Origin: an uncultured Anaerolineaceae bacterium
GTDB lineage: Bacteria > Chloroflexota > Anaerolineae > Anaerolineales > UBA4823
Assembly (NCBI GenBank): GCA_964525785.1
Contig: CAZGIX010000004.1
Location: 1 to 61,398, forward strand
Direction: 5' to 3'
DNA length: 61,398 nucleotides
Made by a program: the position numbers and the translations under genes. The notes under the pieces are model-generated. The model was not told where the DNA came from and did no database searches. It worked only from the letters and a program-made list of their open reading frames with translations. Shown piece after piece: positions 26,528 to 37,100 of this stretch (positions are counted from its first letter, which is position 1; the number at the start of each line of letters is the position of its first letter).

Positions 26528-27292
26528 TTAGAGAGGCTCAATCGTCTCCATGGTAGCCTGCGAGATATCCGCATACACCCCCCGGCGATTTTCCGGCAGT
26601 AAGGAAGCCAGGTAATACATTGCTTCGTCGGTCATTAGACGCAGCGTATCTCGATCCCGATAGCTGATACCGGCTCGGGCACGGAAAGGACGACCAAATT
26701 TAACCACCGCCCCGGGTTGGCGCCAGACACGACTGAATCGCAGGGCAGGGAATCCGATCGTCCCATCAATGGCGACCGGGACGACGGTCGCTCTACTCCG
26801 TGCAGCCAGATAAGCCACGCCAACTTTACCGCGTGTCAGGCTTGGGCTGCGCGTACCCTCGGGAGCTACCAGGACGATCTCGCCCGCCCGTAAGACCTCC
26901 AGTACTCCCTGGACTGCCCGGCGGTCGACCTCTTCCCGCCGAACCGGGATAACCCCCCACAGCTTCGGGAAAATACCGACGATGGGGTAGTCGTAAACCT
27001 CTACCTTCGCCAGCGGTACAATATTGCGCGGCAAGACATGCAACACCACGATAGGATCAATAAACGCAATATGGTTGATCATTAATAACGCCGGGCCCTG
27101 AGCAGGGACATTCTCAATACCTTCAACATGATCCAGCTTTGCCAATAAAGTGAATCCGATGTGCTTGAGTAAGAAACGGATAACCCGACGGCGACGCTCC
27201 CACCGGGAGTGGTCGTATTTCGAGGCGTGAAGGCCGTCTATTTCGTGACCCTTCGCCGTCATTTCATCTGGGTCTTCATTCATTCGAGTCAT
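26528..27292 (-). CDS. plsC: PlsC-family lysophospholipid acyltransferase, paralog 3
   Basis: NHIAFID (HX4D), IPVRR, APEGTRS, PVAIDG. Confidence 0.88.
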   Translation of the reverse strand: MTRMNEDPDEMTAKGHEIDGLHASKYDHSRWERRRRVIRFLLKHIGFTLLAKLDHVEGIENVPAQGPALLMINHIAFIDPIVVLHVLPRNIVPLAKVEVYDYPIVGIFPKLWGVIPVRREEVDRRAVQGVLEVLRAGEIVLVAPEGTRSPSLTRGKVGVAYLAARSRATVVPVAIDGTIGFPALRFSRVWRQPGAVVKFGRPFRARAGISYRDRDTLRLMTDEAMYYLASLLPENRRGVYADISQATMETIEPL

Positions 27293-27375
27293 AACGCCCG
27301 GTTTTCATGAGGTATTTCATTAACATTAGGACTAATGCAGTTTGGGGAGGAAGTCTCTCCTGAACTGCGTAACTT

Positions 27376-28092
27376 CTAAATATGATAGGCACCTTGATAC
27401 TCTGCGGGGAGCTGTTTTGCCAGGGTGCGCATGATCTTTTCAGTGCCCAATTCAATGGTGGTTCGCTGGTCTGGATATTGATCCAGCTGAAACACAGAAC
27501 CCACCGTCATGCTGACCGGCGTCCGTTTCAGCCGCCGGAGGTTGGTAAGGATGCGGCTGTTCTCCGTGCCCGTAAAGGTGACCGGCAGCAGCGGCGCGCC
27601 TGATTTGATCGCCAGGTAAGCAGCACCGCCAGTGCCCTCTTCCAGACCTCCAGATAGGCTCTCCCGGCCTTCCGGTGCGATCCCGATCACCCGGCATCGA
27701 CGCAAGGCATCGACTGATGCCCTCAGCGCCCTGCGGTCCGGCTGCCCACGATGCACCCAGATGACGCCATAAGCATTCAGGATCTTCCCCAAAACCGGGT
27801 AATCAAACAAATCCGCCTTGACCAGCAGTTCGATCGGCCGCGGAGAGTATGACAATCCAAGGAGTGCGTCCAGGTCGCCCAAATGGTTCGTAACGACCAA
27901 TAACGGACCTTTGGCAGGGATATTTTCGCGACCAACGACCCGCGAGCGGGTGAACAACCAGATAATCAAGCGCGCCAGCAGGCGCACCACCCTGCGCACC
28001 ACTCGCTTTCCGATCGTGAGCTCAGATAAGCGGGTGATCTCCGGACGGATGGTTTCAGTGCGCGGTTTAGGGGGTATCGACGTATGCGCCAT
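27376..28092 (-). CDS. plsC: PlsC-family lysophospholipid acyltransferase, paralog 2
   Basis: NHLGDLD (HX4D), VHRG, APEGRES, PVTFTG. Start set at ATG 28092. Confidence 0.88.
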   Translation of the reverse strand: MAHTSIPPKPRTETIRPEITRLSELTIGKRVVRRVVRLLARLIIWLFTRSRVVGRENIPAKGPLLVVTNHLGDLDALLGLSYSPRPIELLVKADLFDYPVLGKILNAYGVIWVHRGQPDRRALRASVDALRRCRVIGIAPEGRESLSGGLEEGTGGAAYLAIKSGAPLLPVTFTGTENSRILTNLRRLKRTPVSMTVGSVFQLDQYPDQRTTIELGTEKIMRTLAKQLPAEYQGAYHI

Positions 28093-28753
28093 ACACACCC
28101 CGGTATTCTGCCGGCAGTAATCTGGCAATATGGATCATGATCAAGTCAGCATTATGCTGGCGAGCCTCACGGCGAGATTCCCCTTTGCCTTCGATGGGAG
28201 GCAAGCGAATAGGCTTTCCGATACGCATCTCCAGTGTAGGGCGCTTACCGTACAAGGCACGCTGAAGGAAATCAGTGGTTGTGCCAACAACACCAACCGG
28301 TAAGACAGGCACATTCGCTTTTTCAATGACAAAGGCTACGCCCGGCATTGCCCTTCGCAAACCCGGCGTATGCGACCGTCCTCCTTCAGGCGCGATCAGC
28401 AAAGGCAGTTCAGCCTCTAACGAGGACCAAATCCTCTCGAGCACCCGACGATCGTAATCACCTCGATGCACCGGGATGCCGCCATACAGCCTCGCCAGCT
28501 GCGACTGCCCGGTCCGCTCCCAAATTTCGACCGCACCCACAGCCTCTGGTGCGACAGGCCAGAAAGCAATCATCAGCGGTGGTTCGTATAAAGAGATATG
28601 ATTGATGGCGATGATATATGCACCCGATTTGGGGACGTTTTCAAGCCCGGAAATGCAGACCCTGCTCAGCAGGTGGAACACTCCCCGGAATATAGGCCGG
28701 AAAAGCATCCGAAACAAGCGGACCCGCATTGGAATCGTATACTTGACACTCAC
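28067..28753 (-). CDS. plsC: PlsC-family lysophospholipid acyltransferase, paralog 1 (HX4E variant)
   Basis: NHISLYE, PVHRG, APEGGRS, PVGVVG. GTG start overlaps the cmk stop. Confidence 0.85.
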   Translation of the reverse strand: MSVKYTIPMRVRLFRMLFRPIFRGVFHLLSRVCISGLENVPKSGAYIIAINHISLYEPPLMIAFWPVAPEAVGAVEIWERTGQSQLARLYGGIPVHRGDYDRRVLERIWSSLEAELPLLIAPEGGRSHTPGLRRAMPGVAFVIEKANVPVLPVGVVGTTTDFLQRALYGKRPTLEMRIGKPIRLPPIEGKGESRREARQHNADLIMIHIARLLPAEYRGVYGAYVDTP

Positions 28754-29460
28754 GATTGTTCTTGATCTTCGGCTGGAGCTTGCGAGCCAGCAACCAATCT
28801 CTTCGTCCAGGCGATCACCTGGCTCAGGCTCAAGGCATCCGAATTCAGGATCACAGCATCAGCCGCCGGACGCAGTGGAGAGATCTCGCGGGTAGAGTCG
28901 ATTTGGTCTCGCATTTTCATTGCTTCTAATATGGAGCCATAGTCAGCTTGCTCGCCGCGGGCTATCACTTCTTTATATCGGCGGCGTGCCCTTTCCTCGA
29001 CGGATGCATCCAGGTAGATCTTTAAATCAGCTTCAGGCAGCACTACGGTGCCGATATCGCGGCCGACCATCACCACGCGGCCACGCAGTCCAATGCGACG
29101 CTGCTGGGAAGACAGGGCGCGCCGGACTCCCGGATAGGCGGATACCACCGAGACATTAGCATCCACCTCGGGACGGCGTATTTCCCACGTGATATCCTCT
29201 GTGCCAATCCAAACGTCATAACTGCGCCCATCCTTTTTGGATGGCGGGTGTACATCAATTGGAATGTCCTCAGCCAGGCGGGTTATCGCAACTCCATCTT
29301 CCATTGCCAACCCGCTCTGCAGCGCCAACCAGGTAACGGCCCGGTACATTATCCCGGTGTCGAAATAAAGGTACCCCAGGCTATCCGCCAGGGCCTTCGC
29401 TAGAGTAGATTTTCCAGACCCTGCCGGACCATCGATAGTAATAATATTTGGTTTCTGCAT
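28750..29460 (-). CDS. cmk: Cytidylate kinase
   Basis: IDGPAGSGKST, DTGIMYRA, VMVGRDIGTVVLP, KIYLDAS, RDQIDSTR. Confidence 0.97.
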   Translation of the reverse strand: MQKPNIITIDGPAGSGKSTLAKALADSLGYLYFDTGIMYRAVTWLALQSGLAMEDGVAITRLAEDIPIDVHPPSKKDGRSYDVWIGTEDITWEIRRPEVDANVSVVSAYPGVRRALSSQQRRIGLRGRVVMVGRDIGTVVLPEADLKIYLDASVEERARRRYKEVIARGEQADYGSILEAMKMRDQIDSTREISPLRPAADAVILNSDALSLSQVIAWTKRLVAGSQAPAEDQEQS

Positions 29461-29551
29461 TCTGCCTCGGCTGCACTCAGGAGAGCAGCCACTTTCTTAG
29501 CTGCTTCACGCTGAGTCGCGGAGAAATCCCATGAGCAGAGCGGGTGGGGAA

Positions 29552-31330
29552 TTACTGGGGCAGGTCTTCTCCCTGATCCACTTGCTCGATTGGAGGGGCG
29601 ATCTCGGTATTCTGCTCCAGAACAACTCCTGGGAACAAATCGGCCCTGGCCCATAAAATAATCTCATCCTGTGAAACTGGCACCTCATGGTAGGCAAGCC
29701 ATCTGGGCAGGCTGGCAGGCAGCGCGCCCAGCCAGATGGGGTTATACCACCAGGCGAAATCCTGGCCGCGGTAATTCGCCGCCAGGCTGGGATCCTGCTC
29801 GGATTTACGGGTGATCACCACCGGGACAGACTCCTGTCTTGAGAATTCCTGCCTTTCAGGGATAAAGCTGGCGTTAGGAAATGTGCGCAGCAGCCAGCGC
29901 AGCGAAGGAGCATCCACGGAAGCGACGATCTCGATTGTCTCTTTTCGACCGGTAGACCAGGTAGACAGACCATCCAACGTTTGCTGGAATAAGACCGCCT
30001 GTCCAGCTAAGGGGGCAGGGTCCCAGATCGCCGTCCGATTGGCTGCGGATTGGGAGGCCGCCCACATCCCTGCTGTCCCATACACACTGAGAGATAACAC
30101 CAATCCCCAGGTAAGGCCGCGGACGGCAGTATCCCACGACCATCCAAAACCCACCAGTCCGGTAGACAGAGCGATCATCACCAGGATACCAGCCATTACC
30201 AGCCAGCGCAGCAATCCGGCGCTTTCACTGGGTACGGGCTGGGTGAGTCCCGCTAGATTCAGCCAGAAAAGGGACAGTAAAACGATGACAACTGCAGCCT
30301 GGATAGCTGCTATGGCTCGCTGAGTTTTTTCAACCGGCAGGTAATCAGCCAACAGGATCGCTGCCAGCCCCCACAACGGCACCAGAACCCATACCAGGTC
30401 TGCCATCTGGCGGGCAGGATTGATTAGTACCAATACCAGGGCAGCGACGAGCCAGATGCTCAGCCATTGCGCCGGAGCGGCGTTTTTCTGCCAGCCGCGC
30501 ACCAGGCCGATCAGGCCAAAAATCAACGCCGCCGGTTGGTATACGAGCAAAACCAACAACATACGAGCTGCCGGCACTCCGGATACCGTCACCCATCCCT
30601 GGAGATAGGCAGGCAAAGCCCCAATCCAGGCACCGAGCCCCTGGGGGAAAATGCCGAACAAGCTGCCAGCCAGAAGGATGGTGCCGAGTGTAGATAAGCC
30701 CAGGGGTTTCAGGGTCTGGCGATCGACTACCTCCGTATCTGCTTCAGCAGCTCCCAGCCAGCCGGATCTCTGGAACAGGTGTACCAAAATCCAGACCAGC
30801 GCAAGAATAACAATCCCCTGTATTGCAGACGGACCGGAGAGCAAAGCCAACCCGAGAAAGATCCCCGCCGCGATCGTATAACCTCCGACCAGCAAGCCCA
30901 GGCCGAACAAGCCCAGGCCTACCGCAGTCATTGGACTGCCTGCCAGGCGGGAAAGAGCCACCAGACCAGGATCCAATGCCATCCCCGCAGCCATGATCAG
31001 CGCAGCTGGTCTTCCTATCTTATACCGGAAGTAGTACGGCACCAGGCAGAGAAGAATCCCGGCCAACAACGGCAGCAAGCGGGCCAGGGCATTGCTGCTG
31101 CCCAGGATAGAAAACAGCAGGCCGGTAAGTCCAATATATGCCGGTTGGGAGCCGGGAGCCTGGGGGTCGACGTTCGTACCGGCTGGGAAGAGGCTCAATG
31201 CCTGCAGCGCCCAGGTCGATTCGGAATCAGACAGCGGCCGGGCACCGATGCCCAGCAGGCGCACGCCCAGCGCCAGCACCAAAACCAGGGCCCATAATAT
31301 TTGCTCGATAGTGATTCGCGGTTGCCTCAT
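29552..31330 (-). CDS. Polytopic membrane protein with PMT-like N-terminus (TIGR03663/Agl23-like putative GT-C glycosyltransferase)
   Basis: TM1-R...acidic loop (VRLLGIGARPLSDSE), LARLLPLLAG, many TM helices, soluble C-terminal domain (LRWLLR, YRGQDF). Confidence 0.65.
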   Translation of the reverse strand: MRQPRITIEQILWALVLVLALGVRLLGIGARPLSDSESTWALQALSLFPAGTNVDPQAPGSQPAYIGLTGLLFSILGSSNALARLLPLLAGILLCLVPYYFRYKIGRPAALIMAAGMALDPGLVALSRLAGSPMTAVGLGLFGLGLLVGGYTIAAGIFLGLALLSGPSAIQGIVILALVWILVHLFQRSGWLGAAEADTEVVDRQTLKPLGLSTLGTILLAGSLFGIFPQGLGAWIGALPAYLQGWVTVSGVPAARMLLVLLVYQPAALIFGLIGLVRGWQKNAAPAQWLSIWLVAALVLVLINPARQMADLVWVLVPLWGLAAILLADYLPVEKTQRAIAAIQAAVVIVLLSLFWLNLAGLTQPVPSESAGLLRWLVMAGILVMIALSTGLVGFGWSWDTAVRGLTWGLVLSLSVYGTAGMWAASQSAANRTAIWDPAPLAGQAVLFQQTLDGLSTWSTGRKETIEIVASVDAPSLRWLLRTFPNASFIPERQEFSRQESVPVVITRKSEQDPSLAANYRGQDFAWWYNPIWLGALPASLPRWLAYHEVPVSQDEIILWARADLFPGVVLEQNTEIAPPIEQVDQGEDLPQ

Positions 31331-31396
31331 ACGATTATCAAACGATCAAGGACTGACGCAGTTGGTTAGTAACACCTACTATTATAACTATTGCGC

Positions 31397-34150
31397 TCAT
31401 GGGGCCTCGTAAATGGTCACATTCCCTTGTTGGAAAACGACCTGCAGAGACTGGTCAAATTTAGCCTGGTATAACCCTGTTCCACAGGTGTCGGGCGTGT
31501 ATGCAGACCTCTCTAATGAACCGACGAAAATATAGCGGATTCCGTACTGTTCGATTATGGCTTGCGCTTCATCCCATCTGCGAGAGCAGAACAACCTCTG
31601 GATATCCGCCTGGCGGGTGCTGAGCTCGGCACCTTCACGTCCCCATTGACTCTCGTGACCAGGCCAGCCGAGCACGTTGGGCTGCCCGCTCAATGTGGCC
31701 ACTCGGGCATAAATCGAGTAGCTCCCTCCCACAGCCTCGGCCACCACTCCCGCCGACGCGTCGGATAACCAGCGGATGGCTGCTATGTCATCCGGCGATT
31801 GCTGCTCCATATAGGCCGCACCGTCCAGGCTCCATCCTTGAGATGGAGAGAACCCTTCCGTCTTATTCCAGAAGCCAAGCACAGTATAAGTCAGACCGAG
31901 CCCAAGCAACACGACCAATCCTACACTGTAGGCAAAACCGGCCGCGCCGCGCAGCCCCCTCAGCAGCAGCGCTGACCCAAATGCCGCCACAACCGCCCAC
32001 ATCAGCCAGGCTTGATAGTAGAGCTTGAAGACGGTGTTCATGCGGCTGCCGAATTGATCCCGCAGGTAAAAGAACTCCAGACCTAACACCAGTACTCCAG
32101 CCAGCAGGACCAGCAGCAACGCAAAACCGTCTGCGTTACCGATGCGGATGGCCGACATGCCTGTATTGGCACGGCCCGAGCGCGGCTGGATCTCTCTATC
32201 CGGCCAGAGCAGGGCAACCGTAAACGAAAGCAGCAGCAGTAAGGTTATCCAGGCTCCCGGACTGGCCAGGCGGCGAGCAAAAGAAGCCTGAACCAGCTCT
32301 ACTGCACTGGAGGCTCCCATCAGATTCAGCAATAGATCCCCCACTCCTGGCAGCAGAGTGGCCAATACGCCGATCAGCGTGGAGAAGGCAAATAATAGCA
32401 GCGTCAATGAAACCGTCAATATCGCCCCTCGCCTGAGATTTAACCGGCTGTCGGACGTTGCCCAAAGATAACCTATATAGGCGATTATTGGCAGCAGTAG
32501 AATCCCAAACATCACCCATAGATGCATCCCGCGCGTTACAAAAACCAGGCTGGGAATGACCCCTCCCGCCTGAGAAGAAAAGCTCCAGAAGAAAGGCAGG
32601 TAAGCGATCACACCGGCGATTACCAACAGCACCGCCAGCATCAAGAACTCACGTACGATAGTAGGGAGTGCCAGCGGCTGTTCCTCGCTGATTTCGCCAG
32701 CAATTTCACTTGCAGCTGTTCCGTTTGAGCTGCAGCGCCATAGGACAAAGGCGGCTGCGAACAATGCCACGTAGACCGGAAAGTCCCAGGTGTTGAGAAA
32801 AGCCATTCCGCCTAAGACGACTATCGCCAGCAGCAGACCAGCCGAATCCATGTGAAGGACACAGCCCACCAGGCGCTCACCGGCATCACGGCGAGTTAAG
32901 ATACCCAATCCGTGCTGGCCAATAGCTCCCCGCAGGCCAGCCAGGGTAATCCCGCCGGCAAACAAGCTGACCGCTCCCAGCAAGCTGAAGCTCAGGTTCA
33001 GCGCGCCCAGTCCGCTCCACAGGAGGGCCAGGCCAAAAACAACCAAAACTAATCCCAGCCAGGCCAGGGTACGGTGGCCCACCCGGTGCTGGAACCAGGA
33101 GATCATCCCGGCGCTGCCCCCCAGAGCCAGATTTAATGCCAGTGTCATAGCTAAGAAGGTAAACGGCATCGCCAGCACGTGCGGGTGCAGATCTCCCAGC
33201 AGGTAGGAAAATGCCGGGAACTCGTCAATAATCTCCTTGAACTCACCCTTCAGATTGTAATCCGACAGCACGCGGGAAGCGCGCCACCACCACCAGAACT
33301 TACTTGGGATCCAGGAATATGGCCCCTCAGGCGGCAAGCTCAGGTCCTGGATATCCAGCCACTTCCAAAACGTGGATGTCAGGCTTCCGTCTGGTGCCGC
33401 CTTCCAGAACAGGCCGCGCGTATGCAGCACATGCAGAAAACCTTCCAGGTTCCCAACCAGGAGCACAAAGATTGGTCCCAATACGGGCAGTCCCAGGCTT
33501 GGGCGTTCTGCTCTGCCCTCCCGGCTGGAGCGTGCATGCAGTAAGTTATATACCAGGCCGTACACTGCTGCTGCGCTGAGGGCGAAGACCGACGATAGCC
33601 CCAGGTTGAATGCGATGCTGCCTGGGGTTCCAGCTAATCTGGCGAGCACCGCTACCAGGATGTACCCAAAGTAATAGTATGAGATCGCGTATCCGGACAT
33701 CCAGGGATCATGTGGCGGGAGGGTCGGAGAGCTGAGGATAGCATTGATAAATGCCAGTTCCATCGGCTTTTCGGTGCCCGTGATCTCAGGATTGGCAGCC
33801 CGCACGGCGACCATCCCAACATAAGAAACCAGGAACACCAGTTCGACCGCCAGGATCAAGCGTGAATGTGCTTTCAGCCAGGCTGCCAGCTCCTCCCGAT
33901 CGATCATCAAAATCGCCCAGGTGCTCAACGCCAGGATCAGGAGCAGTGCGAAGAGCAGCCCCCCGAGGTCATTATTCAGCACGCCAAGGGATGCCAGCAG
34001 CCAGAAAATATACCCCCATAGAAGCCACCCTAACACGCGGCAGATGGCATAGCCGCGATCTGCCAAAGCCGGCAGCAGGCGATATGCCAGGGGAAAAGTC
34101 AACCAGCCGAGTAAAGAGAGGATAAGGTACCAGAGAATTGGAGCAAGCAT
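31397..34150 (-). CDS. DUF2298 / Chlor_Arch_YYY membrane protein (putative GT-C glycosyltransferase)
   Basis: EKPMELAFINA, PPHDPWMSG, YYYFG, EFP..S..LGDLHPH, NTWDFP, NTVFKLYYQAW, C-terminal AIRWL...LGWPGHE...YIFVG domain. Confidence 0.85.
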   Translation of the reverse strand: MLAPILWYLILSLLGWLTFPLAYRLLPALADRGYAICRVLGWLLWGYIFWLLASLGVLNNDLGGLLFALLLILALSTWAILMIDREELAAWLKAHSRLILAVELVFLVSYVGMVAVRAANPEITGTEKPMELAFINAILSSPTLPPHDPWMSGYAISYYYFGYILVAVLARLAGTPGSIAFNLGLSSVFALSAAAVYGLVYNLLHARSSREGRAERPSLGLPVLGPIFVLLVGNLEGFLHVLHTRGLFWKAAPDGSLTSTFWKWLDIQDLSLPPEGPYSWIPSKFWWWWRASRVLSDYNLKGEFKEIIDEFPAFSYLLGDLHPHVLAMPFTFLAMTLALNLALGGSAGMISWFQHRVGHRTLAWLGLVLVVFGLALLWSGLGALNLSFSLLGAVSLFAGGITLAGLRGAIGQHGLGILTRRDAGERLVGCVLHMDSAGLLLAIVVLGGMAFLNTWDFPVYVALFAAAFVLWRCSSNGTAASEIAGEISEEQPLALPTIVREFLMLAVLLVIAGVIAYLPFFWSFSSQAGGVIPSLVFVTRGMHLWVMFGILLLPIIAYIGYLWATSDSRLNLRRGAILTVSLTLLLFAFSTLIGVLATLLPGVGDLLLNLMGASSAVELVQASFARRLASPGAWITLLLLLSFTVALLWPDREIQPRSGRANTGMSAIRIGNADGFALLLVLLAGVLVLGLEFFYLRDQFGSRMNTVFKLYYQAWLMWAVVAAFGSALLLRGLRGAAGFAYSVGLVVLLGLGLTYTVLGFWNKTEGFSPSQGWSLDGAAYMEQQSPDDIAAIRWLSDASAGVVAEAVGGSYSIYARVATLSGQPNVLGWPGHESQWGREGAELSTRQADIQRLFCSRRWDEAQAIIEQYGIRYIFVGSLERSAYTPDTCGTGLYQAKFDQSLQVVFQQGNVTIYEAP

Positions 34151-34166
34151 GGCTGTCTCGGATTAC

Positions 34167-37100
34167 CTACTGCTCGGGTACTTCGTAAATGACCGTATCG
34201 CCATCTCGATAGACCTCGCGCCACAAATCGCCATTAGCCATTTGGAATTTCTCCAATCCCAGGCTGGAGGTATAACCGCGCTCGGTGAGCAGGCGCGGCA
34301 GAGTGTAATACCCACGCTCTTGCTGACCAAGGATGATGTAACGGACATTATATTTCTTTAAGAAGTTAATCACCTGCTGCAAATCGGTCGTCAGATAGAA
34401 ATTATCGATCTCAGCAATTCTGTCGCTGACCCAATTGCCAGGCAAGATGGCGCGCTGCTGCTGCTGGTGCCATTCCCAGCCCACCACGCCAGGGAGTCCG
34501 GTGTAAATTGAATAACGTGATCCCCAGCGATACAGGTTGCGCAGGTTGGCCTCGACGATGACCGGCGAGCCAACCACGTTTTCCTGCATCCAGCGGATGG
34601 CGCGATAATCCTGGCTCAGATCCATGCGGCCCCATTCATCGTCATAGCTGGCATACTGCATGTAAGCCATGCCATCTAGTGTATGGGGAGTGCGCGGGTC
34701 CATGCGATCCTCGATCTTCGCCAGCGTGGCCAGCATCGGGAAAAGCGCTGCAGCTGCCACCAATCCCGCCAGGAGCACTTGCCAGGCGGCGCGCCCGCGC
34801 GGGTACCATGCCGGCAGCGCTATGATCACCCAGCCCAATGCCGCTGCGGCGCTGATGGAGAAGAACGTCCATATCTGCAAATAAAACTTGAAGACCGTAT
34901 TCATCCGTCCGATATCGCCCCGCAGGACGATCGCCTCGACCATAAGGGTCAAAACCAGGCCGGTGCCCACCAGGAACAGCACCGCACGTTTGGCATCCGG
35001 CAGGCGCGGGCGCAGCAGAAGCACTCCAGCCCAGGCTGCCAATGGCAAGATAAACCAGGCGATCGAGACCTTGATCAGCACCAGCACCGCCACCAGAGCC
35101 AACAGCAGGACGATAGCCAGCTGGATCCAGATCTTATACTGCTCCAGCTTCTTCAAGGCGGAGAGCGGTGTGGCAGCCAGCCACTCGCGCGTCTCCCACA
35201 CCATCCAGGTGACGATCACAAATAGAAACACGCCCCAGTGAACCAGGTAGCTACCCAGGGGTGTATGCGTGCCCTTCCACAGGTCGATCTTGTTGTAACC
35301 CAGGGCATACCAGTTCGAATATGGCTGGTAAAGCAGCATGGAGAGGGCAACCAGGACCAGGATAGCCCCCCCAGCCGCCACCAGCCGCTGGCTGGAATCG
35401 GGCAGGCTGTAAAAAATCCCAAGGAGAGAAGACCGGCTGCCTTTCTTAGGCTGGTAGTACTTCCATACCGTGTACAGCAGGGCGACGCAGCCCAGTGCGA
35501 GGTAGGTATAGAAATCCCAGGTATTGGTGGGACGCAGTGCTCCAATCGCCAACCCACCCAGGACGAAACCAAAGACCGTCCCCAGAATGCCCTGCCAGCG
35601 GGCACGCCCCAGGATGACGCTGACAGCGAAGGCCAGCACAAGCAAGGTGATTGGCAGCGCCACCAGATGGGCATGCAGATCGCCATATAGGACGGTGAAG
35701 AAGGGGAACTCGGTAATCGGCTCAACATCCCCTGGGGCAGGGATTGCCCGGCTCGGGATCCAGTACCAGTCTCCCAAGCTGTAGGGAAGACCTGCGCTGC
35801 CAAAGGATCTGAAAAATCCCTGGAATGCCCACATCCAGCGCGTCAAAACACCAGCCTCTCCAACCATCCCTCCTGGCGCGACCAGGCGCTGGTAGCCCTG
35901 GAAGATCATGCGCAGCGTGCCCAGATTGCCCAGGAGAGCCGTACCCACGGCTCCTGCCAGCCCCACCCAATACGGCCTGGACCTGGAGGACAGGAACCGG
36001 CCAGAAGCAGGATAGTCGCTTTCTGAACCCGCCCGCGCGGCAGCCAGGTTCCAGGCTAACGAGAACGCTCCCATAGCGATGAGTGCAAACACGGTGGGGA
36101 TGATCAGATTATAGGCAATCGATGGCACGATCCCGAGCAGCTCAACAAGAACACCCATCAAGACGAAGCCATAATAATAATAGTTCAGATAACCGCCGGC
36201 GTACCACGGATCGTAGGGCGGGAAAGAGGTGCTCTTGATCACGGCGTTGAAGTATGAGAAATCCATTGGCCTCTCGCCGCCCTTCCAGGGGTGCCACAGA
36301 TCCGGATTGCCGAAGCGGATCAGCAGGTCCAGGAGGAAAAAGCCCAGGAACAAAGCCTCGACGGCAAGGATATATTTCCAACGCTGACCAAGCTCACGCC
36401 GTAGATCGCCTCGCTGCCGGTAAGCCAGGGTAAGGCTAACCAGCACCATAACTAATAAAAGGATGCTGATAGTAATACGGTTGACCGGGATGCGCACCGA
36501 GCCAGCCAGCCAGGCCAGATACGAAAGCAGCAGCAGTCCGAAGACGCGCGCCAGCGGGTAGCCGCGATCGTTCAACCCGGGCAGCGCCAGACGGATCATC
36601 GGATAAACGATCAGACCCAGCAGCCCAACACTCAGGTACCAGAACAGGACAGCCAGGATTTGGGAGCTGTTCTGTGCTGCGCTGGTATCGAAAATCTCCG
36701 ACCATGTACCGCCCGACTGCTGCTCCGCCCAACGCACCGCAGGCAGCAGCAGGTTGGCGGGATTGGATCCGGCTTTCTTGGGCGTAACATGCACAACCTG
36801 CGTCAGATCCACCGTACCCAGGATTTGGCTCACCTGCTCGGAATCGTGTGCCTCGGTTTTCTTGAAAATCAGCACCTTGGGATGGTCGTAGACAGTGAAA
36901 GCTTCCTCCGCCGACTGGTCGTTGATGCTCAACGCGCCGATCGAAGGATCCGACTGGAAGACTTTGACCAGCTCGAAGCCCAGGCTGCCCTGGAACATGC
37001 CGGGTCGTGCAGCCACATAGCACGAGATGATGCTCCGCTCCGGCGGGCAGCCCAGCAGCTCTCGGTAGTAAACAGTTGTCAGCGGGAAGCGTTCGGGAAG

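Noticed and set aside
29461-29551. Possible degenerate CTCCGCG/CAGCGTG repeat before cmk
   Set aside because: A single weak unit without a clear partner; not supportable.
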